64,000 bases of DNA from NCBI GenBank assembly GCA_028534125.1, contig CM052817.1, forward strand, positions 73,658,001-73,722,000. The letters are read 5' to 3'. Shown piece by piece: positions 25,354 through 35,800 of this stretch (its first letter is position 1; each line of letters opens with the position of its first letter). The notes beneath the pieces were generated by a model. That model saw only the letters and a list, made by a program, of their open reading frames with translations. It was not told where the DNA came from and made no database searches. The DNA comes from Lama glama. Taxonomy: Eukaryota. The position numbers were made by a program, and so were the translations under genes.

Positions 25354-27899
25354 GTGAGTGTGCGCTGCTCTCTTTCTTCAGAAAACTGACACTGATTTAT
25401 TTTTCCGTTCAGATAGAAATCATAGGAGAGTTTTAGCAACACAAATATACAGGAAGGAATGGCTTTAGAAAATTCTTTCTTAACAGTTTACTATTACGTA
25501 AGTTAGTTGTAGAGACAAGTTATCACTGTGTAGGAATGTCTGAACTGCCTGGCACTCCAAAAAGGATTATGTGCCTCCATTCATCTCATGTGGGAGCAAA
25601 ATTTTCTATGATTGGGGAAAAGATAAATTTAAAAAATCATATGCTAAAAAAGAACTTGTGATCAGTTAAAAATATTCATTACTAGTCTGAGATTTCCTGT
25701 TTTGTGATTTGAGTAGGAGAGCCCACAGTGGGGCTTTATTGAGTGGATCCCTTCTCCCCAGGTGGGCTGATTTAAGAGAAATGAACCTTGACCCAACTGC
25801 TTGTTCAGGGAGGGCTATTGGAGCAAGTCGTTTGCCTCTAGGGTCTTCAACTGTAAAAACAGGGTGACTTTGCTTCCCTGGATTGCGTCTGAAGATGTTA
25901 TGAGAGAATGTAGGCGAAGTTGTATAATTATTGTTTTTAAAGATCTGGCAATCATGGTGCTTTGTGAAATATTAATGTCAAACTAACATCTAACAACCTA
26001 ACATCTGATTCATTACCTTTTCTTCATGAGATAAAGCGAAGAAAAGAGCTCTCGTACTTTTTGTAGAAAAATGGAGGGAATCTTGGAGACTAAGACTTTG
26101 TTAACCACACCTGAGAACTTTTTAAAAAGTTATTAGTTTGAAGTTTTAAATACATTTAATTCTTCTGGCCTTGGAGAAATCACATAATTAAATTGATACT
26201 ATCCAATTTTACAAGTAGGGAGATTGAGCTCATGCAAGGCTAATGAAATAAACTAATGTTTTTTGACAGCAGGAACTCCCCCACTTTCTTCTCTAGCTAT
26301 GCTAGTGGTTTTTCACTTTCCTTTGGGGAAATCTGCAGAGGGGAGAAGATATTGTCATATAGTATAAGCAGGTTCTAGAGGGGCCATGGGAAGGGCTTCG
26401 TCCCAGAAGAGCCACCCTCACTAAAGGAAATCCACGGTAGGAGGCTCAGTTACAGTTTGTTGAGACTCGTGTTATTAAGTTAAAAGGATGTCCATGAATC
26501 AAGTGAGACTTGTTGGTTGTAAACATTTTTAAAAAAATATTTAGAAGAAAAGAGACTGCCAGATGGCATTAAGATCATCCTGTGCTCAGTCTTTCTGCTT
26601 TCACTGAACCACTTTTATCCCTAATGAATGCTTTGACACCATCACAGCTGATTCTCTGAAAGCACCTCAGAGGAGATGTTTGAATTCTGTCCTATCAAGT
26701 GGCAGGCGATGACTCACTTGGTTAAGGAGATACAGGAATCCTCCCCAGATCCACATATTATCCTCCCGGGAAGCCTATATGTCTCTGTGTGTTTCTTTGT
26801 AAATTTGTACAAAATTTTCCTGAGGAGGGAGTTAATGAGAAGCTGATTTTTCTTTTTTTAGAAGATGAATTCTCCGCTGTTCGAATCAGAGAGGGTTTGG
26901 CTCCCCATATATAAGAAACTAATCGTGCTGGCTAGAAGTTAACTGACCCATGAACTATCATGGTGCCAGTTCAAGGCTGGACCACATCATTGCAATTATT
27001 CCCTCCTTTGACTTTTAAATCCGATCAAGTGCTGGCTTCTCTGTACTACCATGGAGTGCATTTTGTTTGCCTGTGGGATATTTTTTTAATCCAGCTGCTT
27101 TCAACTTAGTTTAGGTAAAAAAGAAACATTATAAATTATTTTGTTGTAATGAGCTAAAACAGGTAGTGGCCATCCACAATATAGAGAATTAGTATTTTCC
27201 CTCCTGGAAGAGATACTATCTTCATGTAGTCCTGCTAGTGAAACTCTGCATTCTCCATTCATCTAGGCAGATGTGTCACAGAGTTAGGATACAAAAATGT
27301 ACCATTTTCTAAAAGAACACATCTAACATTATTTTACTTTTTTCTTAATAATAGGATATATGTAGAATTGGATTATATTGTTTGAATGTTAAAATGATTA
27401 TAATACTAGTGAAAACTTTTCTTCATTCTGAAATGAGACAACTGTGTGATTATATATAGGGGTGAGGGGAGGTCTATAATCCACTATGTATAACATCTCC
27501 AGAGTCCAGGGATGAGTAATTGAGAAATGAGTGACAGCCTTTTGGCTCTTGATAAAACTGTGGTAAGACTCAGAAAAATCGGTACTATATGTGATTGGAA
27601 TACTATAGAGAATTTCGTCTTCTTGGATTAACAGGTTGTATCCTTTCCCTTCTTTCACTGTATCTTTTTATTGGGTATACATACAGGAACATCCAGAAAT
27701 ACTAATCTTGTGTTACCTAATGTTAATTTGATATTTCACAAAAGCATTTGGTAATGAATAATGAGTACCTGTGTGCCTCTTAGAATGATGGAGAGTGGCT
27801 TTAGGTGTTGCCTGCTTCCTTCTATCCCTGTTTCTGCCTCTGCCCTTCCCTCCCTCTTTTGATCACCCCCTCAAAAATCTCCCAGGATAACCTGGCTGA

Positions 27900-28826
27900 G
27901 CCCAGATTATGCAGTGTGCTCACTAACAGCTCCTTTCCATTCCCTGCTTAATGCAGCTCCCTAATGCAGCCTCACGAAGGTCTGTAAATAACACGCTGAG
28001 GACCAGACTACTCCTAGCCCTTCCCAGGCGTGCTCACCCCTGTGTTTCTCTGGCAGTGACAAGTTAACTCCAACAGTGCTCATCTTCTCCCCAAAACGGC
28101 AGCGTTGATTCTCTTCTCTAAATGAACCTTGAAAATGGGAAGGGCTGAGAGATTTAAAAGGCAGGAATTCATGTCATGTGCTATAGCAGAGCAGCCGTAG
28201 CCACGGCAGCAGCAGCGGTGGCAGCAGCAGCAGCAACAGCAGCAGCGGCAGCAGCAGCGAGTCATTTAGTGGGACTGCACCATTTTCTTCTCACCCTGCA
28301 TAGAGGTGTGGTTGGAAGAGGCAATAAACTACCCACCCCCTAGCAGTTCCACAGAGGTGGCCTCTTCCTGGCTCCAGTCAGAAGACACAGACTGTCTGGA
28401 GGAGTCCCCAGAGACCGTTCCAACTGGTGATGTGTGTCTAAGGAAGGCTTTTTCAACTAGTAGGATGCTTGCCTGCACTTGCGGCCACCCAACTGCTGAA
28501 GAGCTCGAAGTCTAGTGCTCCGCCTTCCCATGGGACCATTTCCGAGTGTGGGCGCACACCTATGCCTGCGCTTGTGCAGGTGTGTGTTCCTGGGGGGCCT
28601 GGCCTGGGACCTCGGTACGCTGTAGTGAATTATGGGTGCTGCAGAGGCTGGAGCAAGATTACGACCTAGCTCCGGGGCGGAGTGGATTATTTTGTGAGCC
28701 TTCTGGCTGCCAGCCATTGCCCTAGTGGGGAAAATCACATATCCCCATCTACCCCTAAAATCACTTGGGTTGCTGAGGAGTGGAGACTCAGCCTTGGCGA
28801 CAGCTTCTGCTGCTTTCCTCTGCAAA
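27900..28826 (+). promoter_or_regulatory. Putative promoter and 5'UTR of the MAHAAAS exon
   Basis: Elevated GC and CpG content, TATA-like tttaaaa at 28153-28159, GC box ggggcggagt at 28674-28683 and a CAG/GCA-rich tract, directly upstream of the coding exon. Confidence 0.6.
28186..28259 (+). repeat. Interrupted CAG/GCA trinucleotide repeat
   Basis: gcagagcagccgtagccacggcagcagcagcggtggcagcagcagcagcaacagcagcagcggcagcagcagcg. Confidence 0.95.
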
Positions 28827-28955
28827 ATGGCTCACGCTGCTGCTTCTATTAAAAAAGTTCGAGAGGCTGAACTGGATGAAAAGGAAAAAATCCTTGAGAG
28901 AGAAAGAAAAAAACAACGAAAAATCCCCAGGGAACGTATGGAACGGAAAAGAAAG
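28827..28955 (+). CDS. ANK2: Alternative first coding exon of ankyrin-B, 43 aa: MAHAAASIKKVREAELDEKEKILERERKKQRKIPRERMERKRK
   Basis: Strong Kozak context aaaATGG at 28827, an open frame to AAG|gtatga (phase-0 donor at 28956), and a peptide recognisable as an ankyrin N-terminal leader. A CpG-containing promoter/5'UTR region lies upstream. Confidence 0.88.
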
Positions 28956-29161
28956 GTATGAGGAGCATCCCTTAACCCTCTCCCTCTGTGATTCTGTGTA
29001 GAACCGTCAGCCTTAGAACTGGCAACTTCATCCTCCCTTCCCTCCATCATTCCCCTGCACCATTTCCAAGCTCAGTTTGCAGCCTATAGCTCATGCCTAA
29101 ATTTGCTGCATTGGGAGGAGATGCCTGAGCAGGGCAAATCTCCTTGGCTTTAACCAAGTAA

Positions 29162-29164
<3 letters not shown>

Positions 29165-29204
<40 letters not shown>
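29165..29204 (+). repeat. Pure A40 homopolymer
   Basis: Direct count of 40 consecutive A, with no SINE or LINE head immediately upstream. Confidence 0.95.
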
Positions 29205-29205
<1 letters not shown>

Positions 29206-32200
29206 CCTCTATTTCATTTTTCTGCTTTTCTCCGTATCTTTATTTAGTCTCAAAGCCAGGTGTTTTATTCCTTAAAGTGAGTCTGAACACTTGTCATAGA
29301 AGAAGGAAGGGGCTGATTTTTGGTTGGAGGGCTAAAGTATTTTCTTCTTGTTCCTCATCTCTACTACTAGATCTTTAGCCTGAGCCTTCTCACTGACTCT
29401 GTATATTTGATGTTGATTTCTGGTTAAGAATAAACCACAGGTTTTATTTACTCTCTCTTTTCTCCTTCAGAAGGTTGACACTGTTCTGTGTGAAACTGCA
29501 CTAAGAATATTGGTGCAGTGAGCTGTGTCTCAGAATTTTTTAAATTTTAATTTTCATTAGTCTACCTTTTTGTTTTCCTCATTAACCTTAGGATTTTCTT
29601 TTCTGACTATAGCAATTAAATGAAAAGACTACGGTTAAATAACAGGGTGAAATGTTGATTCCTTTGACATGAAACTATAGAATCCTTGCCTCTCTCTGTC
29701 TTTTAAAATACTTTTTAAAATAGAGATCATCTTACAACTTGATGGAACTGAAATATTCATTTAGCTGGTGGTCTGTTTCAATAAGGGGAGACAATCTCTG
29801 TAAATGCTTTAATTAACAAAGTAGGTCACCAAATAATTTCAGATGATGATAAATGGCATATTGCATTAGCAGAGCATAAAAATAGTGGTTTGTATACAAG
29901 CTGTTAAGCATAGCTCTGGGATTAGGGATGCGCTGGGGATCCACAGGCTCAATAATCCATGTGCTCAATGTCTCTCTCTTTTTTTTTTCTCTCAGTAATA
30001 GATATGTTTACCTTTCCATTTGGGGGATGTTATCTTTGCCTCACTTTTAGAAGGATACTGGAGGACCCACGTTAAGTTGAGATCTTACTGCATAGGGATT
30101 CATTACATTTCAGTTTTACTACTTATTTCATCAGTAGTTAGATCAAATGACAGTCATTAGGCAACACAAATAAATGAAATTTGCAGTATATTATGATTTC
30201 CCTTCTGGGGAAAACTTTAATACTGCCTGTCTGACCTTTAAAAGGCCTTGTTTAGAGGATGGATTAGTTCTTTTTTTATAATAGCAGAAGTATCATTGGC
30301 CATTCTTGTGGGAGTTGGCTTCCTTCTTGATAGCGACTGCAGTTCTGTTTCTAATCCTCTAAATGGAACATTACTGCAGAAAGCAATTTCCTGTGATTAT
30401 ATCTTTTTTGTCTTTTTTTTTTTTTTTGCAGTCTGTTACTTCTTGGCCAGGAGTGCTTGTTCAGCATCCAGTGTGACCTAGTAACTTTGCTCACCTAGTG
30501 TACCATGCGTACACCTGGAAGATCTCTTGGTCTCACTCTGGTTTGTTTCTGTCTCTGTAGTTCGAGCTTCCTCTTTTTCTATACTTTATTAAAATTGAAA
30601 AACTACATCATTAAAATGGAAAAGTACCAATAGTTGTTGAGAATCTCAGTTACCTGGATGCTGCATTGCTTTAGCTTGAATCCAGCACAGTGGGCGAGAT
30701 CATTGGTTGATACTGTGATCATGTGATGAGATCATCTGATCTTCATATTTAGATAATATCATTAAGCTAGAACCAGAGAAATTGGGGGAATAATGGCATA
30801 TTTATTCTTGTTCTTCTCTCTCTCTCTCTCTCTTTAATACACAGCTATTGGTCCTCTTCCCTTTTCTACTGCAGATGCTTGTGGCATTGTATAGATATTT
30901 ACACAGAACAAATACTTGCAAAAATGTGGCTGGGTTTTTTAGCTGTATCCTTTTTATTTTCTAGATGCATTTCCACCCCTCCACCTCCCCAACCTGGCCC
31001 CATGCACACATAGCCAATTGAGTCAGTTCTAAATTTTGGTTTGAAAGAAGAAAATACTTTACCTCATAATTATTCCTCGAGGTATATGTAATGGTAATTC
31101 ATAAAGAAATGATAAAAAAGGATGGTTGCCTGTTAGTGGTACCCTGAAACACCATCTCCAGAAAGTAATCTAAAAATCATTATACTTTATTTGCTGATGC
31201 CATTTTATAACTTTAAGGGAATACATCAGTTGTTTAGATGGTTGAGTTTACTGTTTACACATCCATTTGTAAAGTGCCTTGCAAATGAATCTGTTTATTT
31301 GCAAAATTCAGATGAGACCTGCCCCAGTGGAGATAAAAGCCAACTATATGAGCTTGAAAAAAATATATAAATTGCTGCTGAAAAGATTTTTACTGAAGTA
31401 AAAATTACTGAGTATTAAGACAAGTCAATTAAGCAGCCCCATATTTGGATTTCATTTTAATACAATTTTATAAACTCCCTGTCAATTAAAATAATAGTTG
31501 CATTATTATTTTGTACTCCATTAAACATCTAAGATAGATTTTAATTAGTTGTAAATTTAAAACATTTTGCATGCTTGACTGTTAGCTCTCTACCAAGTTG
31601 TCAGTGGTATGGTTTTTTAAATGGCTGAATTTATACACTAGGGGACCTAGTTTCAACCTCATTATAAGCAGAATTTATCTTAGAATAAAACATTCAGATT
31701 TTGGGCTATAGCCTGGGTAGTTAATATTTAAATTATTGTATGTACCAAAAGTATATTGTATATGTGTCATATTAGGGTAGACTAAGATAAAAAAAATTTA
31801 AGGAAATGGAGCAAGATTAAGATTAGTTGAAACAAACTACTTTAACATTTATTTGCTCAAAAGAATACATGGATAGTCTAGTTTTTTTTTAACAGGGACA
31901 GGGGCTAATTATTAGCTTATGTTACTTATTTCTTTGTATGTCTAGATATCTAGTTTATATGCTAAAATCTGAGATTTTTAGACTTGAGAAGGATTCCAAA
32001 AGGAGTGATTTCTCACAAACTTGTAAGGCTTTGTTCTAGAAAGCAATCTTGAGTATAATATTCCTTCCACAACCATGTATTATTGCCTAACTGTACTTTT
32101 CTTTTATTTGAAAAAATTAAATAATTTTCAGAAAATCAGTTAAAAAATTCATTCTTGAAAGTAAGGCATATGTTTAAATGATCTTCCTCATTTAAATTTA

Positions 32201-32436
32201 TGTTTACCAGTTATTTTCAAATAAATGGATATGTTTTCAATTTCTCAGCATGGACAAACCATTCTCTGACCCATTATAATTGCATATGTAATCCATGTAT
32301 GCAAAGATTTCTGGATAACAAACTAACTACAATGTGATTACAAGTACAAAGCACAACAGAATAATGTGATCCTGTATAATTGATTATACTCTAGAACTCT
32401 CTAAACATGGAAAATTCCAATGACATTTTAAAAATT

Positions 32437-32525
32437 ATTTTCTTTTAATGGCGGTACTAGGGATCAAACCCAGGACCTTGTGGTGCTAAAACACATATGC
32501 ACTCTACCACTGAGTTATAGCCCCC
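32437..32525 (-). mobile_element. tRNA-derived camelid SINE (short form)
   Basis: Reverse complement of the SINE head: ggcggtactagggatcaaacccaggacc...ctctaccactgagttatagccccc. Confidence 0.85.
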
Positions 32526-32767
32526 ATTTTTTTGCACTTACATCAAATTGTGTTTATACAGCTTCCTATAACTCCTTCATCAATATGTCAGTACTTCTAG
32601 AAACTACACTAACATAAAGTGGATTGGTGATATCTTGAGTTTTGTTCAGACACATGCTCTTCTTATGTCCTAATGTTCACTTGAGACTAAATAAATCTGT
32701 TTAGGCATATCTATTTACATGGGGAAGCCTCTATAGAATCATGATTTTTTTAAAAATCCATTTTTCA

Positions 32768-32860
32768 GGGGGAGGCTATAGCTCAGTGGTAGAACACATG
32801 TCTAGCATGTACAATGTCCTGTGTTCAATCCCCCGTACCTCCATTAAAAAACATAAACAA
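32768..32860 (+). mobile_element. tRNA-derived camelid SINE (short form)
   Basis: ggggaggctatagctcagtggtagaac...gtcctgtgttcaatcccccgtacctcca followed by an A-rich tail. Confidence 0.85.
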
Positions 32861-35800
32861 AAACATTTTCTTCTTGTTTTAGACACCTTCTCTCCCCCAT
32901 TCTTAATTAAATTCAGAAACCTATTCCTGGCTAGAATAACTCGTTATCTAAGTAACTTGCACTATTATTGGCACTCTTGGCCAGCACTGTAAGTCTGAGT
33001 TTTTGTTAGTTTTCAATTACAAAGAACCTCTCTCAACCACTGAATGGGTGAATAACTACTAGTTTAGGATTACAGCTGTCGAATTTGTGGGATTGTGGCA
33101 AGAATAGTCCCAAGTATATGGCTTGAGATAAGTTTTTAAGAAGGCGGTTAAAAGACAAACTCTTAAAGTAAAAAAGCTACTATGAGTGAGTTTAATTTAT
33201 TTTTGGAATCTGAACTTTTTAAACACAACCCAATGTCATTCTCCCCTCCCCTTTTTGTTGTGTTAATCTGAATTCATATAAATGTTTTAATCATTATGAA
33301 AACAGAATTCATTGGTGACCTTTATTACCAAACTTTAATTTGGTTAAGTTACTTTATTCATCACCGGTGTAAAAGTATGATATTTCCAGCATATTTTTAT
33401 ATCATAAAGAATACTGAAAATATTTTGTAGAGTTTTATAGGAATCAGTGAAAAATACAAAGAAGTTAAGAATTCTTCTTGCACCATATTTAGTGATTTTT
33501 GTGTTTATGTTTTTTCATTATGTTACCCTTTTTCATTTGTATTTCTCAAAATAATTTCTTCTTCACAAAGAATACTTACTTTTATTTTCAGTGAGAGAGA
33601 CACTGTATTAAAAATAAGAATAGTACAAAGAAGGCACTTCCCAAATTTTGGAGTTCTACATAAATTCCTAGTAGAATCATCAACTATTGGAGTGTGAACC
33701 TTTTTGCACCAAAGGTGACTTGTGATTTTTAAATGTATATTGTGGAATATCTCATCAGAGTCATCTAACTCCATTCCCTTCATGATAAATCAGGATCCTG
33801 GGGTAGACTGAAAAGGAAAGAAGACCATAATCTATATATTTTTAAAGCTCCCCTGGTGATTGTAACCAGAATTGGAAACCACTGCAGTAAATATTTTCAT
33901 CCTTCCACCAACCCTGACTCTGCACCATCTTTGAATTTGGAGCAATAACATTTCTGTTTCTAATAAGAAAATTTTTCCATATGTAGATGGGAGACACCTG
34001 GCAACCTTTTGACTGTTTAAGGAGACTAATTGGTCTGTATAATAAGCAATTAATTTTGAGTATGGAGAGGAGGAAACAGTGTTTAAGAGGTACTTTATAA
34101 GGCTTCATGATCTGCAGTATGACTGTCTCTGCCTTGATGGAATTATCTTTAGGAATGAAGCTTGTGTTTCTGATACAAACATAACTAAACCCTGAGAATC
34201 GAGGTGTTATCTAAGCTAATTTCTTTTTTGTTTGGGTGATATGAATTATTATTATATTAATATGCTAAATGTTTGAAGGAAAACCACTAAGATGTGATTT
34301 AAAAGTTACATCTTAAACAGATTGTGCTGAAGGATTCAGGAAATATTCTAGGGATTTAATTGGTAATTTAGCAGCCATGGAGACCACAAACCTTTAGACA
34401 TGTCAGCACTTCTCGAACTCTTAACACAAGTCAACACTACTTTTTGTTATTTGTACTTGATTTTAATAGATTTTCTGCGTGTTTAAAATTAGGGAAAATC
34501 CACGAATGCAGGGAAGGAGGAAGGAATGAACAACTCATAGGTCAATGATCTCTCCCAATTCTTCAGATATTTCCTTTTAAAACTTCTTACTCAACAAGCT
34601 CTTATAATGCCAGATTTTTTGGTTTGCTTGTTTGTTATGTTTTTGGTTTCTTGCGTGAATATTTTACCAACTGCTCTCTCGCTCTCTTCCTGGCTTGCTG
34701 CAGCTGTCAGGGCAGCCGGAAAGGGATTCCCCCCTAGGCTGTAGAGAAGTCTGGGATGGACTTTTCAGCATGAATAGTTGGAATTATCCCTTCCATTTTC
34801 CATCACTTTATTAGTAGCTTGCAGAAAAAAATCACCTTATTTTTCCCATTGGAACTTTATTGTAATCCAACTTAGCCTTTTTCTAAAGACATCCCTTTAT
34901 TGTATGTATATCATTACTCCACTGCTCACATCAGGAGGAACACCTCAGTAGAACACTATGTAGTATTAAGAAGGAGAAATATCAGGAATACAAAAAAGTA
35001 CTATAAACATATCAATCTCTCTTTGGTTAGGGCTATTAGTGTTATTTCATAGTAATAGTTTCACATTAATATATATTTCTTGCCTTTCTCTATATTTTGC
35101 ATAGAGACCTGTGAATTACCAATTTTAACTCACTTGTTTATAGTTTTTCTGCAAAAAAAATGTTAAAATCAAAACTGACATCGACCTCTCTTTATGTATG
35201 TCTATGTAATAATGGTTTTTCCAAATGTCTGCTTTTCAGGGGAGCCATTTAATCCCTAGATTAAATTTTTTAAAAATAAATTATACTAGCATCGCAAACA
35301 TCAACTCTAAGAATCTACTTTATTTTTACTATAAATATACAGAAATCAGGTATTACTGTTGCATTTGAAACTAAGTTTAGCTGCCACCCTTTTAAGACAT
35401 TCAGCATGATTGCAGGTGGATGTGGAATCTAAGGTTATAAAGAACAGGCAACATACCAGAAAGCTGTTTACTAATTTAATAAGTGATATTTACACAAAAT
35501 TACCAGATTCTTCTAAAGCTCCATGAAAACAAATTCAGGAGGCTTGTGTGGAATTCTGTCTACCAACTGTGACTTTAAGTAAACACCTATAAAATGATGA
35601 GGACCTGAAATCTGTTAGAATTCTTTCTGTTGTATGATTCTGCACCATTTTAAATTATCTTGGCTTCTCTTTATTTTTGTAACTGATTGAGATAGTTCAG
35701 TGGCATTTCCAAGGTTTTCTTCATTTAATAGGAATTTTTTTGAGATGCCACCTCATGTCCCAGACACACTGCATTCATCCAAGAAGCTCTCAGACCACCT

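Noticed and set aside
28080..28265. Cys-rich minus-strand ORF (MTRCCCRCCCCCCCC...) resembling a metallothionein or keratin-associated protein
   Set aside because: It is simply the antisense reading of the GCA/CAG repeat.
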